From NCBI GenBank assembly GCA_017882375.1, contig JADGPP010000003.1, positions 9,961 to 73,960 on the forward strand: DNA of 64,000 nucleotides. The letters run 5' to 3'. How positions within the stretch are numbered: position 1 is the first letter of the stretch; each line of letters starts with the position of its first letter. The notes beneath the pieces were generated by a model, which was not told where the DNA came from, did not search any database, and saw only the letters and a list, made by a program, of their open reading frames with translations. Of the stretch, positions 54,334-63,115 are shown one piece after another. This DNA comes from Solirubrobacteraceae bacterium (GTDB taxonomy: Bacteria > Actinomycetota > Thermoleophilia > Solirubrobacterales > Solirubrobacteraceae). The position numbers were made by a program, and so were the translations under genes.

Positions 54334-56109
54334 CTACAGCAGGCTGTTGGTCATGCGTTCGACCTCGGCGATCGACGTCACGCCTTCGCGCACCTTGTCC
54401 AGGCCGTCCTCGCGCAGGCGGCGCATGCCTTCGCGCACCGCCACCGTGACCATCACGTCGACAGACGCACGCTCGAGGATCAGCGCGCGAATGTGCTCTG
54501 AGACCGTCATCACCTCGTACACGCCCACGCGGCCGCGGTAGCCCGAGCCGCCGCAGCGCGAGCAGCCGACGGCCTCGAACGGTTCGGCGCCCCTCAGTCC
54601 GTGCTCGGCAAGCACCGTCTCGGAGACCTTCAAAGGCCTCTTGCAGTGTTTGCACAGCACGCGCACGAGGCGCTGGGCGACGATGCAGTCGACCGCCGAG
54701 GAGACCAGAAACGGCTCGATGCCCATGTCGATCAGGCGCCCCAGCGCGCTCGGCGCGTCGCGCGTGTGCAGCGTCGTCAGCACCAGGTGGCCGGTCAGCG
54801 CAGCCTCGATCGAGATGTGCGCAGTCTCCGCGTCGCGGATCTCGCCGACCATGATCACGTCTGGGTCCGCGCGCAGCATCGAGCGCAGGCCGACGTCGAA
54901 CGTCACGCCCGCCTTCGGCGCGATCTGCATCTGCTTGATCCCCGCGATCCGCTGCTCGACCGGGTCCTCGATCGTCAGGATGCTGCGCTCGCCGTCGTTG
55001 AGGTCGTTCAGCGCCGCGTACAGAGTCGTCGACTTGCCCGAGCCCGTCGGGCCGGTCACCAGCACCGCGCCGTTTGGCTTGTTGATCGCCGCGCTGAACG
55101 GCTTGAGCGTGTGCGCCGGCATCCCCAAGGACTCCAGCCCGGCGATCACCGTGCCCTTGTCCAGCACGCGCAGCACCACGCCCTCTCCGTAGACCAGCGG
55201 CAGCGTGACCACGCGGATGTCCACGCGGCGCCCGTCGACCGTCAGCGCGAAGCGGCCGTCCTGCGGCACGCGCTTCTCTGAGATGTCCAGGTCGGCCATG
55301 ATCTTGATGCGCGAGACCACGCCCATCGCCATCTTGCGCTTGACCGTCGCCGCCGGCGACAGCACGCCGTCGACGCGGAACAGCACCTGCGTGTCGCCCT
55401 CTTCCGGGTTGATGTGAATGTCCGAGGCGCCCTGCTGGATCGCCTGCGCGACGATCGAGTGCACGAGCTTGATGATCGGCGCGTCGCTGTCGGCCTCGTC
55501 GACGCGCAGGTCCTCCTCTTCGTCGGCTTCCGCGTCGCCGTCGATGATGTCTTCGATCGAGTCGTCCATCCGCGCCATGCGCGCCACCAGCAGGTTCAGG
55601 TCCTCGACCGACGCCGCCACCGGCCTGACGCGGCGGCCGGTCATCATCGCCACGTCGTCGATCGTCAGCACGTTCGTCGGGTCCGCCATCGCCAGCAGCA
55701 GCGTGTCGTCCTCGGCGAAGCCGATCGGCACCGCCTGATAACGCTTGGACGCTTCCGCGTTCAGCAGCGCCACCGCGCCCATGTCCAGGTCGTAGATCGC
55801 CAGGTCGACGTAGTCCAGGCCGAAGCGCTCGGCCACCACGCGCGCGAGCTGGTCGTGGCGCAGCACGCCCTGCTCGACCAGCACCAGCCCCGTCGGGCGG
55901 CCCTGCATCCGCGCCTGCTCCACCGCGTCGTCGACCGTCTCGCGGTCGGCGAAGCCGAGATCGACGACCACTTCGCCGATCATCCGCGTCGAGCGCCCCG
56001 TGCGATGGGGCGGGTACAGACCGGTGCCGTTGCCGACCGGCTCGCTGCTGGTCTGCTCTGTCGCGTCGGCCGTAGCCGACTCGGCCGTCGGCGCGCCGAT
56101 GTCGCTCAT
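54334..56109 (-). CDS. GspE/PulE/PilB-family secretion/pilus ATPase
   Basis: N-terminal MshEN/T2SSE_N-like region, ASDIHINP, PQDGR, GPTGSGKSTT, EDPVE, MVGEIRD, CKHC/CSRC zinc site; AGGAG ribosome-binding site. Confidence 0.92.
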   Translation of the reverse strand: MSDIGAPTAESATADATEQTSSEPVGNGTGLYPPHRTGRSTRMIGEVVVDLGFADRETVDDAVEQARMQGRPTGLVLVEQGVLRHDQLARVVAERFGLDYVDLAIYDLDMGAVALLNAEASKRYQAVPIGFAEDDTLLLAMADPTNVLTIDDVAMMTGRRVRPVAASVEDLNLLVARMARMDDSIEDIIDGDAEADEEEDLRVDEADSDAPIIKLVHSIVAQAIQQGASDIHINPEEGDTQVLFRVDGVLSPAATVKRKMAMGVVSRIKIMADLDISEKRVPQDGRFALTVDGRRVDIRVVTLPLVYGEGVVLRVLDKGTVIAGLESLGMPAHTLKPFSAAINKPNGAVLVTGPTGSGKSTTLYAALNDLNDGERSILTIEDPVEQRIAGIKQMQIAPKAGVTFDVGLRSMLRADPDVIMVGEIRDAETAHISIEAALTGHLVLTTLHTRDAPSALGRLIDMGIEPFLVSSAVDCIVAQRLVRVLCKHCKRPLKVSETVLAEHGLRGAEPFEAVGCSRCGGSGYRGRVGVYEVMTVSEHIRALILERASVDVMVTVAVREGMRRLREDGLDKVREGVTSIAEVERMTNSLL

Positions 56110-56203
56110 ATCTCCTACATCGGCAGCGATGCGGCGCCGCTTGACTGCGTGTTCTCGGGGGTGCCCAGGGGGGCTCACGCCAGCCAAGCAAATCGCGACT
56201 TCG

Positions 56204-56905
56204 CTAGGGAGTGTCGCCTGTCGGCCTGTCGACCAGACATAGTCCGTTGAGCTGCAGCCAGTGGCGCTCGCGGTCATCGTCGCGACCTTGGTAGGCGCGA
56301 GCGAGCCCAAGCATGAGGAACGCCCCCACGCCGCGTCTGAGCCGCAACCTGACGCTCTGCACGACCCGATCCCTGATCGTCTTCTGGTCCTCTGCGTAGA
56401 AACGTATGTCCGTCACCGAGACATACGCCTGAGGATCGACGTCATCGATCTTGAGCCGCAGCTTTCCGTAGCGGTCGACTTCGAGCTCGGGGCGTTTGCG
56501 CGCTCGGACGACCGCCAGCGAGCGGTCTCCGCACCCTCGTTCGACGGCGTAGTTCCAGCGCAAGCGTTCGAGCGCGGGGCCGAAAGCGCTCGAGATATCC
56601 GGTGAGCTGACCATTTCGAGCAGCGCCAAGAACTCGTCACCATCCATGTCCTCGACGAGGCGAGCACATGCGGTCCTGAACCTGTGGTCCTCGGTCTCCG
56701 GCGGCGTGGGGGCCGGCTGAGTCGCTCCGAGCTCGACCACCGCTCCCATCCTGAACGGCCCACCCTCCTCGCGCAGTAGATCCCGCGTGATCGGATCGCT
56801 GGCAGGCGTCGTCGGCCGCACATGCTCGAACGACTCGATGTCCACGCCCGCGACGCAAATACGCGGCGCACCCATCCTCGTGACGTGGTTGGCGACGATC
56901 CGCAT
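56204..56905 (-). CDS. Dual-OB-domain-like hypothetical protein
   Basis: N-terminal VTRM...ICVAGVD motif, SVTDIRF, LGLARAY...WLQLNGL; third gene of the DUF488 cassette; family assignment from recall. Confidence 0.6.
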   Translation of the reverse strand: MRIVANHVTRMGAPRICVAGVDIESFEHVRPTTPASDPITRDLLREEGGPFRMGAVVELGATQPAPTPPETEDHRFRTACARLVEDMDGDEFLALLEMVSSPDISSAFGPALERLRWNYAVERGCGDRSLAVVRARKRPELEVDRYGKLRLKIDDVDPQAYVSVTDIRFYAEDQKTIRDRVVQSVRLRLRRGVGAFLMLGLARAYQGRDDDRERHWLQLNGLCLVDRPTGDTP

Positions 56906-56908
56906 CGC

Positions 56909-57346
56909 TCACAAATGCACGGGATGTACATCGGGCCATCGGCCAGCCAGGTACTCGCAGACCAAGCGCCGATGGCAGTGCTCAGCCGTGGCCTCACTGC
57001 ACAGGAGAGCGGTGGGCGTACGAAAGTCAGAGATCGAGAGTCTGCTCTCGATCTCGCGACTCGCCATCAACTCGAGGAACTGCGCTTCGTAGGCCGACCA
57101 GTCCCCTTTGCGCTTCTTGTACTCGTCGAGCAGCCCTTGCGTTGGAGCGAGCAGTGGCTCGTGTTCGTAGGTGGCCCCGATCAGCTCCTGCAGGAAGTAC
57201 GGGAGGTCCTTGGCCTTGGCGAAGCCGGCCAATTGCGACGTGTTATTCAGGCGCACATCGAGCAGCCGCGTGACACCTGCATCAGCTAGGCGCTTGAAGA
57301 AACGCTCAGCCGTCGTCTGTGTGAAACCGATTGAGTAGATCTCCAC
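56909..57346 (-). CDS. DUF488 family protein
   Basis: IYSIGFT, LLDVRL..SQLAGFAK, LLCSE..AEHCHRRLV. Confidence 0.88.
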   Translation of the reverse strand: MEIYSIGFTQTTAERFFKRLADAGVTRLLDVRLNNTSQLAGFAKAKDLPYFLQELIGATYEHEPLLAPTQGLLDEYKKRKGDWSAYEAQFLELMASREIESRLSISDFRTPTALLCSEATAEHCHRRLVCEYLAGRWPDVHPVHL

Positions 57347-57879
57347 GGTGTCTGCTCATCCTCCAAGAGTGTGCATTGTGCATCGTCGGACAGCGCCACG
57401 GAACGCTCCGTGCGAATAGTCCCATCTGGAAGAATATGCCGAAGTTCGACTCCTCGGTCGGTTAGGACCTTTCCAACCAGCAGCCGCCGGTGGCAGTGCT
57501 GCGGGTCTCCCTCGCTGCAGAGCAGTGCGATCCGGTGGCGCCGTGCACCGGCAATGAGGCGCTCTATCGCAGCCTCGAAAGCCTTCTCTTCGGACATCGG
57601 GCCGTAGAGGGCGTGGCCGTCCGCGTCGTAGTGCTCGTCTCGCGTCGGACGGCCTCCGAGCTCCTCTCCGAGGAACAGATAGCCCACGCCCCGCCGAGCC
57701 ATCGCGGCCTCGAGCTCATCCCGATTGAAATGTGGCGCGAAGCGCGAGTAGGGGAACGACCGCACATCTACGAGGAACTCGATCTGCCCACTTGAAACGA
57801 GCTGCGCAAAGTCATCGAACTCGTGGTTGGAGTGGCCGACCGTCCAGATAGCAAGACGCGAAGACATCGTTCTCGTCAT
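57286..57879 (-). CDS. DUF488 family protein
   Basis: WTVGHSNH, LVDVRSFPYSRFAPHFN, LGEELGGRP, LLCSEGDPQHCHRRLL; 3' end overlaps the next gene by 61 nt. Confidence 0.88.
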   Translation of the reverse strand: MTRTMSSRLAIWTVGHSNHEFDDFAQLVSSGQIEFLVDVRSFPYSRFAPHFNRDELEAAMARRGVGYLFLGEELGGRPTRDEHYDADGHALYGPMSEEKAFEAAIERLIAGARRHRIALLCSEGDPQHCHRRLLVGKVLTDRGVELRHILPDGTIRTERSVALSDDAQCTLLEDEQTPWRSTQSVSHRRRLSVSSSA

Positions 57880-57888
57880 GGTAAGGCC

Positions 57889-58809
57889 CTAGAGCCCACC
57901 CTCAAAGGCCCCCTTGACCTGCGCGTCGAGTGCGTTCAGGCGATACAGCGCCAGCGCCTCGGCCGAGGCCAAGCGCTGGCCGGAGGCCGCCTCCGCGCCG
58001 TGGTGCAGCAGCACGCAGTGCTCGAGCGCCAGGCGGCGCTCGCCCTCCAAGATCGTCGGCATGTGGCCTGCGAGCACGCGCATTCCCAGCTCGATGTGCC
58101 CCAGCAGGCGTCCTTCTGGGCTGCGCGCGATCTCCGCGCCGTAGGTGAACTCGCGCGTCTTGCCGATGTCGTGCACGATCGCCGCGCTCAGCAGCATGTC
58201 GCGATCCAGGCGCGGGTGCAGCGTGCACAGCTCCAGCGCCAGCGTCGCCACGGCCACCGTGTGCTCCAGCAAGCCGCCGAGGTACGCGTGGTGGACCCCC
58301 GGGCGCGGGCGCGGGCGACTAGACGGCGCCGAGCACGGTGCGACGCGCAGCTGCGCGCGAAGCTCGCCGTCGCCCAGCATGTTCGCCAGCAACAGCTTCA
58401 GCGGCGCGTCGAACACCTCGCGCGCGAGGTGTTCGAGGAAGCCCTCCAGCTCGTCCAGGTCGCGGTAGGCCGTCGGCAGAAACCGCGCCGGGTCGGCCTG
58501 CTCGCCCTCGGCGCGCGCGATCGACTGAACGGCGATCTGCAGCGCGTCGCGGAAGCGCTCGGCACGCCCCTGCACGCGCACGAGCTCGCCGCGCTCGAAG
58601 CGCCCCGCGAGCACGTCGGCGTCGCGAAAGGCCCGCCCGAGGATCGTGCCCGTGCTGTCCGACAGCTCGATGTTCAGATACGGCGTCCCCGCGCGCGAGA
58701 TCTGGCGCTCCTTGCGCGTGCACGCGAACACGCCGTCGACCTCCTGCTGGTCGCGCAGAGTCGCGATGCTCTGGGCGATCTCGCTCGGCGGAGTCGTGGC
58801 GGAAGCCAT
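57889..58809 (-). CDS. OB-fold plus HD-domain protein (YhaM/Cbf1-like 3'-5' exoribonuclease)
   Basis: YLNIELSDSTGTI OB domain, HHAYLGGLLEHT, HDIGK, GRLLGHI, HHG. Confidence 0.85.
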   Translation of the reverse strand: MASATTPPSEIAQSIATLRDQQEVDGVFACTRKERQISRAGTPYLNIELSDSTGTILGRAFRDADVLAGRFERGELVRVQGRAERFRDALQIAVQSIARAEGEQADPARFLPTAYRDLDELEGFLEHLAREVFDAPLKLLLANMLGDGELRAQLRVAPCSAPSSRPRPRPGVHHAYLGGLLEHTVAVATLALELCTLHPRLDRDMLLSAAIVHDIGKTREFTYGAEIARSPEGRLLGHIELGMRVLAGHMPTILEGERRLALEHCVLLHHGAEAASGQRLASAEALALYRLNALDAQVKGAFEGGL

Positions 58810-58834
58810 CGGCCCATGATGTACGGTGGTTCGG

Positions 58835-59707
58835 ATGCAGCCGCTCATCTGGGATCGCCGTCCGGACGGCCTGAGGGCCCCCGCGATGGTCTGCGCGTTT
58901 CAAGGCTGGAACGACGCCGGAGACGCCGCCTCCAGCGCCGTCTCCTTCCTCGCCTCCTCGCTCGACGCGCGCCGCTTCGCGCGCATCGACTCCGAGGAGT
59001 TCTACGACTTCCAGGCCAACCGGCCCAGCGTGCAGTTCAACGACGACAACGAGCGCGAGATCGTCTGGCCGACCGTCGAGGTCTTCGAGGCCTCCGCGCC
59101 GCGCGCGCCGCGCGACCTCGTGCTCGTGCAGGGCGTCGAGCCCTCGCTGCGCTGGCGCGCATTCAGCGCGCACATCGTCGACCTCGCCGAAGCGCTCGGC
59201 GTGCAGGTCGTCGTCTCACTCGGCGCGCTGCTCGGCGACGTGCCCCACACGCGGCCCGTCGCCATGTCCGGGCACGCCTCAGACCCCTCGCTGATGGAGC
59301 GCCTGGGCATGCAGGGCTCGACCTATGAGGGGCCGACCGGCATCGTCGGCGTGTTGCACAACGCCTGCGTGCAGGCCGGCCTGCCGTCGGCGAGCCTGTG
59401 GGCGGGCGTACCGCACTACGTCGCCGCCGCCGCCAACCCCAAGGCCGCGCTCGCGCTCGTGCGCCGCGTCGAAGGCCTGATCGGCGTGTCCGTCGACGTC
59501 TCCGAGCTGGAGTCCGCCGCCGCCGACTACGAGCGTCAGGTCGGACTGGCCGTGCAGAGCGACCCCGAGATCCAGGCGTTCGTCGAACGCCTCGAGCAGG
59601 CCGCCGAAAGCGACGAGGAGGTCTCCACCGACGACGTTCCCTCCGGCGACATGCTCGCGCGCGAATTCCAGCGCTTCCTGCGCCAGCGCGGACACGAGAG
59701 CAAGTAG
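58835..59707 (+). CDS. PAC2-family (proteasome assembly chaperone-like) protein
   Basis: AFQGWNDAGDAAS, EEFYDFQANRP, EPSLRW, GDVPHTRP, YEGPTGIVG, VPHYV, FQRFLRQ. Confidence 0.9.
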   Translation: MQPLIWDRRPDGLRAPAMVCAFQGWNDAGDAASSAVSFLASSLDARRFARIDSEEFYDFQANRPSVQFNDDNEREIVWPTVEVFEASAPRAPRDLVLVQGVEPSLRWRAFSAHIVDLAEALGVQVVVSLGALLGDVPHTRPVAMSGHASDPSLMERLGMQGSTYEGPTGIVGVLHNACVQAGLPSASLWAGVPHYVAAAANPKAALALVRRVEGLIGVSVDVSELESAAADYERQVGLAVQSDPEIQAFVERLEQAAESDEEVSTDDVPSGDMLAREFQRFLRQRGHESK

Positions 59708-59771
59708 CGCCGGCGCGCTACGCCTTCGCCGTGGCCCGGGCACGCGACGAATCGCGGCCGAAGCCGAGCGG

Positions 59772-61511
59772 CTACTTCTCGGCGACCGGGCAGACGATCC
59801 GGTAGTCGCAGATCGAGCACGCCGCGTGCGAGGGCGTCGGCTCGAACTCCTGCGCGAGGATGCCCTCGCCGACCTCCATCACGATGTCCGTCACCGACGC
59901 CGCGTCCTGCTCGCCGCGCGGCACCGGAACCTTCACGTCGTCGAGCACGTAGTAGTAGGCCTGGTGTGAGGACTCCAGGCCCCACGCCTCACGCGCCGCC
60001 AGCGCGTACAGCGAGAGCTGCACGTCGTCCTTCAGCTGCTCGGCCGTCTTCGCGCGCGAGGTCTTGTAGTCGATCAGCTCGTATTCCTCGCCCCCGTCCG
60101 CGCCGATCACGCGGTCGACGCGGTCGACGCGCCCGCGCAGGTGGTGCGGTCCGAGGCGGAAGGAGAAGGAGCGCTCGAACCACACGGGCTCTGAGTCCTG
60201 TCCGTGCAGGCGCCCGTGGTAGCGCGTCAGCGCCGTCGTGGCCAGCCCGCGCAGTTCGTTCTCGCGCTGGGAGTCGCCGAAGCCCGCTTTGCGCCAGCCC
60301 GAGTCCAGCAGCTCCAGCAGCTGCGAGAGCGTCTCGCCGCCGTCTGAGTGGAAGCGCTCGAGCACCGTGTGCACGGCGATGCCGAAGCGCTGGTGCAGCG
60401 TCTGCTCGGTCGGGATGCGCAGGACGCGCGCGAACTTGTAGCGCAGCGGACAGCTGCGATAGGTCTCGATGTCCGACGCCGACAGCGCCAGGCCGACGCC
60501 CTTGCGCGGCAGGAATGGCCCCAGCGAGTGCTCGTCGCGCTTGCCGATCGGCTCGCCGATCTTCGATCGCTCCTCGCCGTCGCCCGCGAGCGTCTCGTCG
60601 AGCGTCGAGGTCTGCAGGATCTCGCGCTGCGTCGGCGTCGTCGCCGACAGCAGACGCGCGTTTATGTCCGCCAGCGCCTCGGCGATGTCCTGGCCCGCCG
60701 GGCGCTGCAGCAGCGCGGCCAGCTTGAGCAGCTCCAGGTAGCGCACCACGCCGTGGGAGATGTCCAGTTCGGTGTCCAGGCGCAGCTCGCCCAGGCGCCC
60801 GCCGATGCGCCCGACGCTCTCCAGCACCTCTTCGCGCATCAGCTGGAAGGTCGCCTCCAGCCGGTCGTCCGGCGACGGCCGATCCTCCGGCGTGTCTCCG
60901 ACCAACGGCGCGGCCGGCGCGGGCGCCGGGTCTTCGGCGGCGCCACCCGCGGCGCGCATCACCGGCGCGGCGGTCGCCAGGTGGCGGGCCAGCTCGCGCG
61001 GGGTCGCCCCCGGCTGCGCACGCACGAACTCGGCGGCGAGATCGCGCAGCCCCTGCAGGCTCGCCTGCTGCTCAGCGGCGTCCTCGGGCGCCAGCAGCGC
61101 ACGGCCGGGCGCGCCGAGCAACTCGATCAGCTCGACCACGAACGCGTCCGGCGCCCGCCCCTCCAACGCACCGGCGGCGCTGCGATGCAGCGCCGCGAAG
61201 CGCGCGATTCGTTCGCGCGCCTCCGGCGGGACCTGCGGGGACTCCGTCGCCGCCGTCAACCCCGCGACCAGATCGAGCTTGCGCCGGCGTGCGACCTGGA
61301 TCACGCGCGCGAGGTGAGCCTGGCGCAACTCGATCGGCGGGCGCGCGAGCGCCCGCACGACCGCCGCCGCATCCTGCGGATCGACCAGCAGGCGCACCCA
61401 CGCCAGCACGTCGCGCACCTCCGCCCGGCGCAGGAACGCCACGTCGCGCGGCGCGCCGCCACCGATCGTCTCGGCGGCAGGCTCGGTCGCGGTGCGAAAG
61501 GCGGGCACCAT
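59772..61511 (-). CDS. UvrD/PcrA 2B-like domain fused to an Fe-S PD-(D/E)XK (AddB/AdnA/RecB-type) nuclease, no helicase motor
   Basis: FLRRAEVRDVLAWVRLL..D..A..RAL (2B-like); LSASDIETYRSCPLRY, GRVDRVD, IDYKT, QLSLYALA, CSICDYRIVC; no Walker A/B. Confidence 0.8.
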   Translation of the reverse strand: MVPAFRTATEPAAETIGGGAPRDVAFLRRAEVRDVLAWVRLLVDPQDAAAVVRALARPPIELRQAHLARVIQVARRRKLDLVAGLTAATESPQVPPEARERIARFAALHRSAAGALEGRAPDAFVVELIELLGAPGRALLAPEDAAEQQASLQGLRDLAAEFVRAQPGATPRELARHLATAAPVMRAAGGAAEDPAPAPAAPLVGDTPEDRPSPDDRLEATFQLMREEVLESVGRIGGRLGELRLDTELDISHGVVRYLELLKLAALLQRPAGQDIAEALADINARLLSATTPTQREILQTSTLDETLAGDGEERSKIGEPIGKRDEHSLGPFLPRKGVGLALSASDIETYRSCPLRYKFARVLRIPTEQTLHQRFGIAVHTVLERFHSDGGETLSQLLELLDSGWRKAGFGDSQRENELRGLATTALTRYHGRLHGQDSEPVWFERSFSFRLGPHHLRGRVDRVDRVIGADGGEEYELIDYKTSRAKTAEQLKDDVQLSLYALAAREAWGLESSHQAYYYVLDDVKVPVPRGEQDAASVTDIVMEVGEGILAQEFEPTPSHAACSICDYRIVCPVAEK

Positions 61512-61636
61512 CCAAGGATACGAGCGTGCGGGGAGACGCGACAGTGCGCGGCGCGGGACGCAGCTCGGGGCCGACTGTGGGTCGGCTCTGGGTCGGCTCG
61601 GGGCCGGCCTCGGGTCCGCTCGGGGCCGGAGGCGGC

Positions 61637-61823
61637 GGGGGTGTGGAGGTCCTTTTGCACGCAGCGTGCGCGGTGGTATCTACAACAAGCGCGGCTAACG
61701 AGGCTTTGTGTGTGCTTTTGCGTGGAGCGTTCGCGTTCGTATATACAGGCTGGCCGATCCTGCGACGTCCGTAAATACCATGGCGCACGCTGCGTGCAAA
61801 TGGAGGAAGGACCTCCCCGCCCC
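61637..61823. mobile_element. MITE-like element with ~47-53-bp imperfect terminal inverted repeats ending in the REP-like core (copy E)
   Basis: TTTGCACGCAGCGTGCGC (61654-61671) perfectly complements 61783-61800; GGAGGTCCTT (61645-61654) complements 61807-61816; inner ends TGGTATCTAC and GTAAATACCA. Confidence 0.6.
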
Positions 61824-61957
61824 CCCTCGTGAACAAAGAGCAAGAGGAGCAAGGCCCTCCCCGCAGCCCTCTTCCCCGCAGCTCCCTTCTCCTTTTCCTT
61901 CTCTGCCCCAGCGGATCCTTATGGAGAGCTGAGCCGCCGTGGCTACGCTCTGTGTCA

Positions 61958-63115
61958 GTGGACACGATCGATTGGCGCGCAGCGCAGCGCATCGGCGAGC
62001 GGGTGGCGGGATCGCCGCCGTCGGGAGGCGTGCGAGCCGCGTCGGTGGAGCCGCGCGCATACGAGTTCGCGCGGCGCGTCAGCGACTACAGCGGCCTCGG
62101 CGTGCCCAGCGCGCTGCCGCCGCTTGAGGCCGTCGACCGGGCGACGTGGATCGCCGCGAACCTGCGGACGATGCGCCCGCTGCTGGGCGGGCTGAGCGAG
62201 CGCATCGGCGAGGGCACGGGCCCGCTGGCGGGACCGCTGCGGATGGCCTCGGGCTTTCTGCTCGGCGCGCAGGTGGGCGCGCTCACGGGCGTGCTCTCCC
62301 AGCGCGTGCTCGGCCAGTACGACCTGGCGCTGCTGGACGACGAGGTGACGCCGCGCCTGCTGCTGCTCGCGCCGAACCTGGCGATCGCCGCGCGCAACCT
62401 GTCGGTGAATCGCGACGAGCTGGTGCTGTGGGTGACGATCCACGAGATCACCCACGCCGTGCAGTTCACGGGCGCGCCGTGGCTGCGCGCGCACCTCGGC
62501 GGGATGCTCAAAGAGCTGATCGACGGTCTGCAGGTATCGATCGCCGGAGTCGGGGACAAGGACGCCGACGGAGGCAAGGACGGCGACGCGAACGGGCACG
62601 CGAAGGACGATGGAACGCCGGCGTGGCGGCGGATGCCCAAGCTGCCGGACCCGAGCGAGTTGCGCGAGATGGCCGAGCGCGCGCGCCGCGGCGAGCTCTT
62701 GCGCCTGACGCTCGGCGAGGACCGCTGGGCGCTGGTCGAGCGGATGCAGGCGGTGATGTCGCTGATCGAGGGCCACGCCGAGCATACGATGGACGCGGTC
62801 GGCGCCGAGGTGCTGCCGTCGCTGCCGGCGCTGCGCCGGGCGATGAACCGCCGGCGCGAGTCGCGCGGGCTGCCGTGGCGCGTGCTGGAGAAGCTTCTCG
62901 GCCTGGAGATGAAGCTGCGCCAGTACGAGGTCGGGCGGCGCTTCTGCGACGCCGTCGTCGCGCAGGGCGGCCCGCAGGCGCTCGCGCGCGTGTGGAGCGG
63001 ACCGGAGCAGCTGCCGAGCTCGCAGGAGCTGAACGAGCCGGCGCTGTGGCTGGCACGAACGGACGTGCGTACGTTCCCGCAGGGCCGAACGCATGTTCCT
63101 CCTGTTACAAGCTAG
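61958..63115 (+). CDS. Zinc-dependent metalloprotease-like protein (DUF2342 family)
   Basis: VLGQYD, HEITHAVQF (HExxH), MSLIEGHAE, KLRQYEVG; GTG 8 nt after TACGCT. Confidence 0.85.
   Translation: MDTIDWRAAQRIGERVAGSPPSGGVRAASVEPRAYEFARRVSDYSGLGVPSALPPLEAVDRATWIAANLRTMRPLLGGLSERIGEGTGPLAGPLRMASGFLLGAQVGALTGVLSQRVLGQYDLALLDDEVTPRLLLLAPNLAIAARNLSVNRDELVLWVTIHEITHAVQFTGAPWLRAHLGGMLKELIDGLQVSIAGVGDKDADGGKDGDANGHAKDDGTPAWRRMPKLPDPSELREMAERARRGELLRLTLGEDRWALVERMQAVMSLIEGHAEHTMDAVGAEVLPSLPALRRAMNRRRESRGLPWRVLEKLLGLEMKLRQYEVGRRFCDAVVAQGGPQALARVWSGPEQLPSSQELNEPALWLARTDVRTFPQGRTHVPPVTS

Noticed and set aside
56150-57900. Transposon or prophage boundaries around the DUF488 cassette
   Set aside because: No transposase, integrase, tRNA, terminal inverted repeats or target-site duplication are visible.
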